Below, one piece after another: positions 37,428-49,473 of a DNA stretch of 64,000 bases. The notes under the pieces were generated by a model, which was given only the letters and a program-made list of their open reading frames with translations, did no database searches and had not been told where the DNA came from. The position numbers and the translations under genes are program-made. Position 1 is the first letter of the stretch, and each line of letters begins with the position of its first letter. The DNA lies in NCBI RefSeq assembly GCF_964213995.1, contig NC_135830.1, positions 19,158,001 through 19,222,000 of the forward strand, in the 5' to 3' direction. The stretch is from Mustelus asterias (lineage: Eukaryota).

Positions 37428-37867
37428 TCATTAGAAAGAAGGCACTGTCTTAGTAACCAAGACGTTTTACTCCTGTAACGAAAGTTTTGGTTACAGAGTC
37501 GTTTAATTGTGCTGTATTAGATAGTGGCTGCACATCTACTATGTGCGTAATTGACTGGTGAAAACGTTACTTAGATTCTTTAAATGATGAAAATCGGTAC
37601 AAGATTAAGGATTTGGGGTTGAGAATACCCTGAAGTCACTAAAAAGAGGGGTGATCCCTTGCAATATTGCCAGGACAAATTATTTGATTATTACAGATGT
37701 TGGGTTAAGTCAGCTCGTTTTACTTCTGAGTAGACCATCGATTAAGAAAGCACACTCGAAATTGAATATGGAAAATGGTAAGGCAACAGTTTTTGGCTAA
37801 ACAGTGGCATTACAAATTTCACAGTTGGGGCACTATTGAATTCCGTTAATAACAAATATTTTTCAGG

Positions 37868-38950
37868 ATAAAGGATCCAGAACTGGCTAGCCCAAAAGAG
37901 GCAGAGAGTGTGTATAGATGGGTCTTTTTCTAAATGGAGGTCGGTCACCAGTGGTGTGCCCCAACGATCTGTTCTGGGACCCTTGCTGTTTGTCAGTTTC
38001 ATAAATGACCTGGATGAGGAAGTGGAGGGATGGGTTGGTGAGTTTGCCGACGACACGAAGGTTGGTGGGGTTGTGGATAGTCTGGAGGGATGTCAGAAGT
38101 TACAGTGGGACATAGATAGGATGCAAGTCTGGGCAGAGGAGTGGCAGATGGACTTCAACCCAGATAAATGCGTAGTGGTCCATTTTGGCAGGTCAAATGG
38201 AATGAAGGAGTACAATATAAAGGGAAAACCTCTTGGTACTGTAGAGGTTCAGAAGGACCTTGGGGTCCGGGTCCATGGGACTCTAAAATCGGCCCCGCAG
38301 GTGGAGGAGGTGGTTAAGAAGGCGTATGGTGTGCTGGCCTTTATCAATCGAGGGATTGAGTTTAGGAGACCGGGGATAATGATGCAACTATATAAGACCC
38401 TCGTCAGACCCCACTTGGAGTAATGTGCTCAGTTCTGGTCGCCTCATTACAGGAAGGATGTGGAAATGATTGAAAGGGTGCAGAGGAGATTTACAAGGAT
38501 GTTGCCTGGATTGAGTGGCATGCCTTATGAGGATAGGCTGAGGGAGCTCGGTCTTTTCTCCTTGGAGAGACGTAGGATGAGAGGAGACCTAATAGAGGTA
38601 TATAAGATGTTGAGAGGTATAGATCGGGTGGACACTCAGAGGCTTTTTCCCAGCGTGGAAATGGCTACTACGAGAGGACAGAGGTTTAAGGTGCTGGGGG
38701 GTAGGTACAGGGGAAATGTTAGGGGGAGCTTTTTCACACAGAGGGTGGTGGGCGAGTGGAATCGGCTGCCGTCAGTGGTGGTGGAGACAAACTCAATAGG
38801 GTCTTTTAAGAGACTCCTGTATGAGTACATGGGACTTAATAGGATGGAGGGTTATAGGTAGGCCTAGAAGGTAGGGATATGTTCGGCACAACTTGTGGGG
38901 CCGAAGGGCCTGTTTGTGCTGTAGTTTTTCTATGTTTCTTCTATGTTTCT
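37868..38950 (+). mobile_element. 5'-truncated CR1 nested in the Copia element
   Basis: ORFs 37908..38423 and 38460..38861, and a TCTATGTT tail. Confidence 0.93.
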
Positions 38951-41140
38951 AAAGAAGTTAGAGAAGTGCTATGACCATTCAAAAACTGGACTTCAGCAGG
39001 ATAAAAAGCTCATTGTGTTGAAGCTACATCGGCAATTTGTGCATCTGTCTCCTCGGAGGCCGCAAATTTTATTTAAAAATGGAAGCGTAAGAAATGAGGA
39101 TTCTACTAAGCTTACAGAACAGGAGAGTGATAGGTGTGAGTTCTGTACGATGAACAGAAGGATAGTAACACTACTTTTGATCAGAGAATACAGGGGAGGC
39201 CGACGGTATCATGAATTGGGAACACGAAGTTCAAAATTGGAGGGCACAGAAACGTCGTATCGGTTCAGACAATCAGTCGGATCGTGAACATCATCACAGG
39301 AAGAGATAGAGAACGATTGAACGAACATTGCACAACAGGAGGGAAAGGTCAAGCAGTGGTCGTTCAGAACGAGATATCATGCGGGATAGGGGGTGTAACG
39401 AGACAAGGTCTGGGGATGTGGGTAAGACTACGAATGCTCCTCGGAGTAGAAACCCACATGCTCGTGAGGTATTACTGGCTTCTAATAAATGAGATGAAAA
39501 CGTTATAAAAGATATTAAAGAGCAAGAACTGCATAGTTGCAGTGAATATGGCATATATACAGAGGTACCAGATAGGGGGACAAAGAGCTCTACCTCACAG
39601 ATGGATTTGCAAGGAAAAGATTATTCCTGATGGAACTTATAAGGCAAAGTCCAGGCTTGTGGCAAGGGGATTTGAAGAAAAATTAGCAGAGCAGCAGACA
39701 AGAGTGGATTCACCCACGGCAGGAAAGGTTATTTAAAAAATGTTCTTGTCTCTGTTGGCTACAAAGGCGTGGAAATGCAAATAAAAAGATAATAAAGCCT
39801 CCTTTTTGCAGACTCATCAGCTTCAGAGAGATAATTTTCTCCGTCTTAAAAAGGCGGCTAACACAGAAGGGATGCACTGGAAATTAAATAAGTGTGCATA
39901 TGGGCTAAATTATGCACCTAGAGTTTGATATTTTTCGGTAAGGTCGGTTTTGTTAAATTGCAACTGTTGCAAGTTGAAAGCAGATCCTGCAATGTTTTGC
40001 TCGCACTATGTAGGAAAGCTTTCTGGTATCTTTGTGATGCATGTCGATGATTTTTTTGTGGTAGTAGTGATTTTGAAGCTATTGTTATTTCTGGGCTGAT
40101 TAAGTAGTCCAGGGTGGGAAATCAGGCTTCAGGGCGCTGGAAATTGGACAGATTGTGTCACTTTCTTTCAGCAATCTTATTCGGAGAGTGCCAGCCCAAT
40201 TGGAATTAGTCGCGATAAGGTTTCACAAAAGGATGCGCTAGTTTATAAGAGGGAAAAAGAGGAACTCCGAAGTTTGATTGGGCAACTGAAACGACTCAGC
40301 AGACCTGACGCTATTTTTGATGTCCCAGAGTTGAGTACAAAAATGAATGATCCTACGGTGGAAGACATAATGATAAGAAATAAAATGTTGGCCAAACTAA
40401 AAATGCAGGTGCGTGTTTTGAGGTTCCCGTCTTTGGGGGAGCTTAGGCACTTGAAACCCATAGTTTTGGTGACGCATTCTATGCCAATTTGTCCATTCAA
40501 GCACGGGAGAGTTTATAACCTTTCTTTTGGGGGGAAATGATAAACGTTGCTTTTTTCAGTGTGAAACAAAGAAAATAATGAGAGTGGTAAACACATTTGC
40601 CGCTGAGACACTTTGCCTTGTAGAGACAGTGGACATGGCTTTCTTTTCATATCCCAGATATTAACAGAAATTTGGGGAATGGAGATTTTTGCTAAAATAC
40701 CCATTGAGTGTCACATTGATAATAAGTCACTTTAGGAAAATGTGCACTCCATAAAGAGTGTAAACGAGAAAAGGTTAAGGATAGACATAGCCAGCTGAAA
40801 GCAAATGTTGAACAACGGTGAAACATCAAAAGTAAAATGGTTTGATAGTAGTCATCAATTTTCCGATTGCATTACTAAGAGAGGGGTTGGTTCAAAGAAA
40901 AGTTTGGATATTATTAAGGAATGTCGTATCTTTCTAAAAATGTATGATTTCAATTTTTTTCAGGAGATGCATATGTAAAACAATTGGGGCAGTGCAATAG
41001 AATGTGTTTTGTGTTTCCTGGGAAACAATATTTATCATTTTTTTCTTTAAAAAGGAGAGACTGTTCGGAATGGGTGAACAGCACCTTCCACTAATGTCCT
41101 GATTTGAATGTTGGTCATTCAAGAGGCATCACCGGGGATA

Positions 41141-41476
41141 GGGCGGCACGGTAGCACAGTGGTTAGCACTGCTGTTTCACAGCTCCAGGGACCTGGGTTC
41201 GATTCCCGGCTTGGGTCACTGTCTGTGTGGAGTTTGCACATTCTCCTCGTGTCTGTGTGGGTTTCCTCCGGGTGCTCCGGTTTCCTCCCACAGTCCAAAG
41301 ATGTGTGGGTTAGGTTCATTGGCCATGCTACAAATTGCCCTTAGTGTCCTGAGATGCGTAGGTTGGAGGGATTAATGGGTAGATATGGGGGTAGGGCCTG
41401 GGTGGGATTGTGGTCGGTGCAGACTCGATGGGCCGAATGGCCTCTTTCTGTACTGTAGGGTTTCTATGATCTATGA
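41141..41476 (+). mobile_element. HE1-type V-SINE in the Copia 3' LTR
   Basis: Full head, V-domain and tail. Confidence 0.93.
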
Positions 41477-41859
41477 AATAAAGGATCTGTAGGTGGCACT
41501 GGGTTTTAGGATGTATGTGGAGTTGTAAAATAAAATAAAGTGAGTTTGCGAAGAAGTTGGACTTGTATCATCTTTCATAACAGAACTGTAACGGGGAGGC
41601 TGATTATGGGTCACCGACCGACAGTCCGTTCCTGACTGACCGAGCGAGCGAGCGAGGCTGACTGACCGATCGAACAAGTGAGGCCAACAGACTGACTGAG
41701 CGAGGCCGACTGACTGAGAGAGCGAGGCTGTCTCACCAAACAAGCGAGGCTGACTGACCGAGTGACGAAGGCTAACTGACTAATCAAGCGAGAGAGGCCG
41801 ACTGACAAAATAGGTGGCTGACTGAGCGAACGAGTGAGGTCGCCAGGCTGACTGACTCG

Positions 41860-43530
41860 GGAAAATATTGGGGAGGATTCTTTGAGACAGCATTTACTCC
41901 CACTTGGAACGCTTTAGCGAGAGGAAACATGCTTTGTGAAAGGGAGTTCGTGTCACACTGACTTGATCGAGTTTTTTGAGGAAGTGATGAAGATGATTGA
42001 TGAGGGTAGGGCAGTGGATGTCGTCTACATGGACTTCAGTAAGGCCTTTGACAAGATCTCTCATGGCAGCCTTGTACAGAAGGTGGAGTCACAGGGGATC
42101 AGAGGTGAGCATATCAATCGGTCATAGAAGACAGAGGGTAGCACTAGAAGGGCACGCTTCTGAATGTAGGGCTGTGACTAGTGGCATTCCTCAGGGATCA
42201 TTGCTGGGACCTTTTCTGTTTGTAATATATATAAATGGTTTGAAGGAAAATGTGAACTGGTTTAATTAGTAAGTTTGTGGGCGACACAGAGGTTGGTGGA
42301 ATGTCTGATAGTGATGAGGACCGTCAGAGGGTGCAGCAGGATAGCGATCACTTGGAGACTTGGACCGAGAGCTGGCAGAAGGAGTTTAATCTGAACAAAT
42401 GTGAGGTAATGTATTTTCGAACATCTAATACAGATGGGAAATATAGAGAAAATGGCAGAATAGGCAGAGGGATCTGGGTGTACAGGTACACAGGCCACTA
42501 AAAATGGCAACACAAGTGGAGAAATTAGTCAAGAAGGCATATGGCATGCTTGCCTTCATCGGCCGGGGCATTGCGTTTAAAAATAGGCACGTCATGTTGC
42601 AGCTTTATAGAACCTTAGTTAGGCTGCACTTTGATTCTGGTCGCCACGGTAAAAGAAGGATGGGGAGGCATTGGAGAGGGTACAGAAAAGATTTACCAGG
42701 ATATTGCCTGGTATGGAGGGCATTAGGTATGAGGAGAGTTTGGAGAAACTTGGGTTGTTCTCACTGGAACGACGGAGGTTGAGGGGCGACCTGATAGAAA
42801 TCTTCAAGATTATGAGGGGCATGGACAGAATGAATAATCAGAAGCTTTGCCATGGGTGGAAGAGTCAATTACTAGGGGGCAATTACTAGGGGGCATATGT
42901 TTAACGTGCAGGTTTTAAAGTACCGGGCGGCACGGTAGCACAGTGGTTAGCATTGCTGCTTCACAGCTCCAGGGACCTGGGTTCGATTCCCGGCTTGGGT
43001 CACTGTCTGTGTGGGAGTTTGCACATTCTCCTCGTGTCTGCGTGGGTTTCCTCCGGGTGCTCCGGTTTCCTCCCACAGTCCAAAGATGTGCGGGTTAGGT
43101 TGATTGGCCATGCTAAAAATTGCCCCTTAGTATCGTGTGATGCGTAGGTTAGAGGGATTAGTGGGTAAATATGTAGAGATATGGGGGGAGGACCTGGGTG
43201 GGTCTATGGTCGGTGCAGACTCGATGGGCCGAATGGTCTCTTTCTGTACTGTAGGGTTTCTATGATGATATTCTATGAGATGTAGGAGGCTAGTTTTTTT
43301 ACACAGAGGGTGACGGGTGTCTGGAACTTGTTGCCGGGGTAGGTAGTGGAAGCAGATGAGATAGTGACGTTTAAGAGGTGCCTTGACAAATACATGAATA
43401 GGATGGAAATCGAGGGATATGGTCCCCGGAAGTGTAGAGATTTTAGTTCAGACGGGCAGCATGGTCAGCGCAGGCGCAGAGGGACGTCGGGCCTGTTCTT
43501 GTGCTAATATCTTCTTTGTTCTTTTTTCTT
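41860..43530 (+). mobile_element. 5'-truncated degenerate CR1
   Basis: RT-like ORF fragments 41936..42889. Confidence 0.88.
42925..43278 (+). mobile_element. HE1-type V-SINE
   Basis: Full head, V-domain and tail. Confidence 0.93.
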
Positions 43531-43539
43531 TGCCCTTTC

Positions 43540-43644
43540 CTTCTCTATGCACAGTATGTTTTGTCTGTACAGCACGCAAGAAACAATACTTTCAACTGCA
43601 TACTAATGCATGTGACACTAATAAGTCAAATCAAATCAAATCAA
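43540..43644 (+). mobile_element. 3' tail of a Rex1/Babar-type LINE with (TCAAA)n
   Basis: Homologous to the tail of the minus-strand element at ~51005-51100. Confidence 0.65.
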
Positions 43645-45899
43645 ACTGACTGACAGCTCGAGAAAGGCCAAATGACTAACGGACCAAGCGAGGCCAACAG
43701 ACTGAGCAACTGAGCGAAATAGCAATGTAGACTGCCTGACTGACAATCCAAGGCTGACTGACGGAAGGAGGGAGGCCAACTGATCAACGCAACGAACGAG
43801 GCCACTTGGCCGACCGAACCAGTCTAACCGACCAAGTGAGCGAAGCCGACTGATCATCCAAGCGAACGATGCTGACTGACTGATCCAACGCGTCAGATGA
43901 CTGACTGAATGAGCAAGCAAGACTGACTGACCAACTGAGCGAGCGATCGAAGCCGACTGACCAACCAACTGACCGAGGCTGACTGACTGATGGAGCGAGT
44001 GAGGACAAATGATGGAGTGAGTGAGGCCATCTGATGGACTGAACCAAGCAAGGCCACCTTGACTGACTGAGAAATGCCGAGAGATTGAGCGAGCGATTGA
44101 ATGACTGAATGAGCGAGGGCAACTGACTGATCAAGCGACAAAGGCTGACTGACCGAGCAAGTGACTGAACAAGGCTGACTGACCAACTGAGCAAAGCTGA
44201 CTGGCTGACCCAGCGAAGGATTACGAGAAGCTGACTGACAGAGCGACCGAGGCCAAGCGACCGACTCACCAAGGCTGACTGGCCAATGGACCGAGCGAGT
44301 GAGGCTGACTGACTGAGTGACCAGTAGAGGCTAAAGATCGAGCAGGGCCGAATGTCTAAATGGGCGAGGCCAACTGACCGATCGAGCGAATGGGTAACCC
44401 CGATTGACCGACCGACTGACAAATGTTGTCTCCCTAACAAACCAAGTGAAGCTGACTGAGCGAGAAAGGCGACTGACAGAATGAGTGAGCGATCGAAGCT
44501 GACTGACCAACCAAAGGATCAAGACTGACTGACTGATGGAGTGAGTAAGGCCGAATAATCGAATGAGCGATTGACTCAATCCAGCGAGGCCGACTGACGG
44601 ACTGAGTGAAGCTGAATGACTGACTGAGCGAGCAAGCAAGGATAACTGACCGACTGACTGAGCACCGTTGACTTTCTGACCGACTGAGCAAAAGCAACTA
44701 ATCGAGTGACTGAGCCCAACTGACTGACCGAGTGAGAGAGGCTGATGGACCAACCCAGCGGGTAAGGCAGAGTTCGCAAACGGGCAAGGCCGCCTGCCTG
44801 ACCAACTGAGAGAGGCTGACTGACCAACTGACCGAGTGGCACTGACTGAGCGGACAAGGCAGACTAACTGGGGTGAGAGAGGTGCTGTTGGAAAATTTGT
44901 TGGTAGCAAGTAAGGCTTTGGCTCGAGAGGCTTTGGTGAGCAACGGCTCAGCAAAAAGTACAGGTGAGCTCAGATACAGTCCTTTAGTCTTTAGAGCATT
45001 TGAGATGATAGTTATGGCAGTGACATGCTCCTCCTGCACGCTGTAGGAGCTCAAGGAGACTTCCACCGTCCCTGATGACTATAGCTGTGGGAGGTGCACC
45101 CAGCTGCAGCTCCTTAGAGACCGTGTAAGGGAGCTGGGGCGGGATGCATTCACGATCATCCGAAATGCTGACTGCATCACAGATAAGAGTTTTAGTGAGG
45201 TGGTCATAGCTAAGGTGCAGGAAGAGAGTAGCTGGGTGACCACCAGGAAAGTCAAAGGATGGAGGCAGAGAGTGCAGGAGTCCCCTGTGATCATTCCCCT
45301 CGAAAACAAGTATACCGTTTTGGATACTGCTGGGGGGGGTGACCGTTCAGGGGGAAAGCAGCAGTTTCCAGGTCGGTGGCATTACGACAGGCTCTGTGGG
45401 ACAGCAGGAAAGGGTAAAGGTAAACAGAACCTTATTAATCGGAGACACCATCGTTAGGGGGACAGACAGAAGATTCTGTGGCAGCAAATGGGAATCCAGG
45501 ATGGTGTGTTGCTTTCCGGGTGCCAGGGTCAAGGATGTCTCAGAGCTCAAGGGGAAGGGTGAGCAGCCAGAAGTTATTGTGCACGTTGGCACAAATGACA
45601 TAGGTAGAAATAGTGATGTGGGGTCCAGCGGGCTGATTGTAGGGAGCTAGGATAAAAGTTAAAAACCAGGACCTCAATGGTGGTAATCTACAGATTACCT
45701 CCAGTGTCACGTGCTAGGGAGGGAAAGAACAGGAGGGTATGGCAGATGGGGGCAGGGGTTCGGATTCTTAGATCATTGGGATATTTTCTGGGGCAGAGGT
45801 GACATGTTCAATAGGAACTGGTTGCACCTGAACTGGAGGGGGACCAATCTACTGGCGGGCAGATTTGTTGATGCTGCAAGGGAGGGTTTGAACTAGATT

Positions 45900-46145
45900 C
45901 AGTAAGAAGTTTAACAACACCAGGTTAAAGTCCAACAGGTTTATTTGGTAGCAAAAGCCACACAAGCTTTCGGAGCTGCAAGCCCCTTCTTCAGGTGAGT
46001 GGGAATTCTGTTCACAAACAGAGCATATAAAGACACAAACTCAATTTACATGAATAATGGTTGGAATGCGAATACTTACAACTAATCAAGTCTTTAAGAA
46101 ACAAAACAGCATGAGTGGAGAGAGCATCAAGACAGGCTAAAAAGA
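45900..46145 (-). mobile_element. PLE pseudo-LTR insertion with a hammerhead
   Basis: 12-bp TSD TTGAAC(T/C)AGATT (45888-45899, 46146-46157). Homologous to the 47270-47510 region. Confidence 0.88.
45961..45997 (-). ncRNA. Minimal type I hammerhead ribozyme motif
   Basis: CAC-CUGAAGA-A-GGGGC-UUGCA-GCUCC-GAAA-GCUU-GUG. Confidence 0.75.
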
Positions 46146-47328
46146 TTGAACCAGATTGACAGAGGTGGGGGAGGGATCCTCAGCAGCAGGGAGGCAAGTG
46201 CGAGGGTGGAAGAAAATACAGTAATCAAAAATTAAAGTTGAAGAGACAGGTCAGACTGGACCACGACAGGGAGGAAGGAATGCCTGCTGGATTAAATTTA
46301 ATCTATTTCAACGCAAGAGTGCTGACAGGTAAGGTCGTGGGTAGGAACGTGGAACTGGGATACTGTGGCCATTAGAGAGACATTACTAAGGGAGGGACAC
46401 GACTGGCAGGTTAATGTCCCAGGGTACAGGGGCTTTAGGGGGGCAGAGGTGGAGGGAAGAGCGGAGGGGGAGTTGCTTTTTTGATCAAGGGGAGTATCAC
46501 AGCAGTAGTCAGAAATAACTGAGGGATCATCCACTGAATCTTTATGGGTGGAGATAAGAAATAAGAAGGGGATGGTGACGTTAGTGGTGTTGTACTATAA
46601 GCCCCCAAATAGTCCAGGGGAATAAGAGGAACAAACATGTAGGGAGACTGGGGAGACTTGCAGGAGCAATAGGATTGTCATAGTAAGGATTGAAATTTTT
46701 GTAACATAGACTGGGGCTACCATAGCGTTATGATCTTAGGTGGGGTGGAATTTGTAAAGTGTGTTCAGGAAAGTTTCCTCAAGCAGTATATAGAGGGTGC
46801 TACTCTTGGGAAGGGGCAAAGCTCGATCTACTCTTGGGAAATAGGTCTGGGCAAGTGACTGAGGTGACAGTGGGGGAGCACTTTGGGACCAGTGACCATA
46901 GTTCTATTCATTTCAGAATAGTTATGGAGAGGGACAAAACTGGTCCACAGGTTCAAGTTCTAAATTGCGACAAGTGAATTTTGCTGGAATTAGACAGGTG
47001 CTTGCAGGGGTCGATTGGAATAGTTTGTTTGCAGGCAAAGGGACCACTGGCAAGTGGGAGGCCTATAAAAGTGATAGCTGGAGTCCAAGGCCTGTATGTT
47101 CCTGTGAGGGCGAAGAGCTAGGTTGGCAGGAGTAGGGAAGCCTGGATGGCAAGAGATGTTGAGGCCAGAAGAAAAAGGAAGTATGGCTCAGGTACAGGCA
47201 GCTGGGATCAAACGAATCCCTGGATGTATATCGGTGATGTGGAGATGCCGGCGTTGGACTGGGGTGAACACAGTAAGAGCTTTAACAACACCAGGTTAAA
47301 GTCCAACAGGTTTATTTGGTAGCAAATA

Positions 47329-47365
47329 CCACTAGCTTTCGGAGCGCTGCTCCTTCGTCAGATGG
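47329..47365 (-). ncRNA. Minimal type I hammerhead ribozyme motif
   Basis: CCAU-CUGACGA-A-GGAGC-AGC-GCUCC-GAAA-GCUA-GUGG. Confidence 0.8.
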
Positions 47366-48069
47366 AGTGGAAATGTGCTCTCAAACAGGGCACAGAGACA
47401 CAAAATCAAGTTACAGAATACTGATTAGAATGTGAATCCCTACAACCAACCAGATCTTAAAGATACAGACAATGTGAGTGGAGGGAGGATTAAGCACAGG
47501 TTAAAGAGATGTGTATTGTCTCCAGACAGGACAGTCAGCAAGTCCAGGAGGCAAGCTGTGGGGGTTACTGATAATGTGACATAAATCCTATATCTCGGTT
47601 TAGGCCGTCCTCATGTATGCGGAACTTGGCTATCAGTTTCTGCTCAGAGACTCTGCGCTGTCGTGTGTCATGAAGGCCGCCTTGGAGAACGCTTACCCGA
47701 AGATCAGAGGCTGAATGCCCGTGACTGCTGAAGTGCTCCCCAACAGGAAGAGGACAGTCCTGCCTGGTGATTGTCGAGCGGTGTTCATTCATCCGTTGTC
47801 GTAGCGTCTGCATGGTTTGCATGAGGACGGCCTAAACCGGGATGTTGGATTTATGTCACATTATCAGTAACCCCCACAGCTTGCCCCCTGGACTTGCTGG
47901 CTGTCCTGTCTGGAGACAATACACATCTCTTTAACCTGTGCTTAATGCTCCCTCCACTCACATTGTCTGTATCTTTAAGATCTGGTTGGCTGTAGGGATT
48001 CGCATTCTAATCAGTATTCTGTAACTTGATTTTGCGTCTCTGTGCCCTGTTTGAGAGCAGATTTCCACT

Positions 48070-48106
48070 CCATCTGACGAAGGAGCAGCGCTCCGAAAGC
48101 TAATGG
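48070..48106 (+). ncRNA. Minimal type I hammerhead ribozyme motif
   Basis: CCAU-CUGACGA-A-GGAGC-AGC-GCUCC-GAAA-GCUA-AUGG. Predicted cut after A48102, with AATAAA at 48119. Confidence 0.82.
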
Positions 48107-49381
48107 TATTTGCTACCAAATAAACTTGTTGGATTTTAACCTGGTGTTGTTAAAACTCTTACTGTGTATATAGGTGATACAGGAACTTACTGAAGAAAGA
48201 CATCAGGAGGGGTTAAGGGGGGCACGATATAACTTTGGCTGAGATGATTAGGATGGATCCAATGAGGTTTTAAAAGCATCTTAACGGAAAAAAAATAACT
48301 AGAAAGAGAGTAGGACCACTCAAGGACAAAAGTGGACACGTATGTATGGACCCGCAGGAGATGGACGAAGTCCTCAATGAATATTTCCCCTCTGTGCTTA
48401 CTGTGGAGAAAGTCATGAAGACTTGGGAACTTGGGGAAGCTCGTATTGGTATCTGGGGATGGTCCGTGGCACATTAGAGGAGGTGTTGGACATATTAGAA
48501 TGTATGAAGGTAGATAAATCTCCTGGCCCTGGCTAGATACATCCAAGACCCTTACACAATGTTAGAGAAGAAATTCCAGGGGTTCTGGCTGATATATTTT
48601 CATCATCGTTAGCCACAGATGAGGTCCCTGAAGACTGGAGGGAAGCGAATGTTGTGCTCTCATTTAAGAAGGTCTGCAAAGGACCTGGGAACCTGGGAAC
48701 GACAGACCAGTAAGCCTAACATCTGTGGTAGGTAAGTTACTTGAGAAGATTCTGAGAGATACAATATGCATGTATTTGGAAAGACAGGGTTCCATTCGGA
48801 GTAGTCAGCAAGGGTTTGTGCACGGGAGATCATGCCTCACACATTTGTTGGAATTCTTTGATGAAGCGACCACGATGGTTGATGAGGGCAGGGCGATAAA
48901 CGAAGGTAATATGGATTTCAGTAAGGCCTTTGATACCGATTGAACGTGCTTGGCTACTCTGGGAGGTTAGACTGCATGGAATCCAGCGAATACTGGCAAA
49001 GTAGAGACACAAATAATGGTCGGAAACAGAGGGTAATAGCGGAAGGATGCTTGTCAGACTGGAGGCCTGGGACTAGTGGTGTGTCTCAGGGGTGGGTGCT
49101 GGTCCCATTGTTGTTTATTGTCTGCATCAATGATTTGGATGAGAATCTACAAGTCATGATTAGTAAGTTTGCAGATGACACCAAATTAGACGCTATCGTG
49201 GACAGCGAGGAAGGTTACCAGAAACTGCAGCAGGACCTTGATCCGCTGGGGAAGTGGCCCAAGAAATGGCAAATGGAGTTTAATATTGATACGTGCGAGG
49301 TGTTGCATTTCACGAAAGTTAGATCAATGTCGGAGTTTCATGGTAAATGGTAGGGCTTTATGGAGTGTCGTAGAGCAGAGG

Positions 49382-49473
49382 CACAGTAAGAAGTCTCACG
49401 ACACCACGTTAAAGTCAAACAACTTTATTTGGAACCACGAGCTTTCGGAGCGCTGCTCCTTCATCAGGTGAGC
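49382..49473 (-). mobile_element. Short PLE pseudo-LTR fragment with an intact hammerhead motif (49436-49470)
   Basis: CAC-CUGAUGA-A-GGAGC-AGC-GCUCC-GAAA-GCUC-GUG followed by AATAAA and the PLE terminal sequence. Confidence 0.82.

Larger units (their letters stand above)
36400..41606 (+). mobile_element. Decayed Ty1/Copia LTR retrotransposon, GalEa-like
   Basis: PBS AGCAGAGGATGGTT (36472-36485) complementary to tRNA-iMet. Protease AVLDSGCTSTMC (37511), integrase LHRQFVH...CEFC (~39020-39147), RT KAKSRLVARGFEE and MHVDD (40037), RNase H DNKSL...EKRLRIDIA...SDCITK. PPT 41049-41060, then TG at 41062. Shared LTR end sequence at ~36402-36466 and ~41541-41606. Confidence 0.85.
35580..44872 (+). 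repeat. Degenerate GACTGACTGACCGAGCGAGCGAGGCC-type minisatellite in three blocks (~35580-36390, ~41610-41860, ~43645-44872)
   Basis: Recurrent GACT/GACC/GAGC tetramers and GAGGCC/GAGGCT motifs. The blocks are separated by younger insertions. Confidence 0.85.
47239..48164 (-). mobile_element. Penelope-like element: GIY-YIG C-terminus with inverted pseudo-LTRs
   Basis: ORF 47565..47822 (TLRQRMNEHR..PVGEHF..EQKLI..GLNRD). 47821-48164 is an inverted copy of ~47270-47615. 14-bp TSD TGTATAT(C/A)GGTGAT (47225-47238, 48165-48178). Confidence 0.92.
44880..49380 (+). mobile_element. Near full-length but degenerate CR1 (ORF1 Zn finger and esterase, ORF2 APE-RT) with two PLE insertions
   Basis: MAVTCSSC at ~45015, LIGDTIVRG and HVGTND (45339..45650), GTSDH, and KFADDTK (48940..49353). 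Confidence 0.88.

Noticed and set aside
35580-44872. GAGC repeats resembling the AAV Rep-binding element, or a CRISPR-like array
   Set aside because: No ITR hairpin or parvoviral ORF, no constant repeat with unique spacers, and the context is vertebrate.
43636-45066. Long Ser/Leu/Val-rich minus-strand ORFs
   Set aside because: By-products of the minisatellite's composition.
47315-47326. TGGTAGCA in the PLE terminus as a tRNA-iMet PBS
   Set aside because: Only an 8-nt match, and PLEs are not known to be tRNA-primed.
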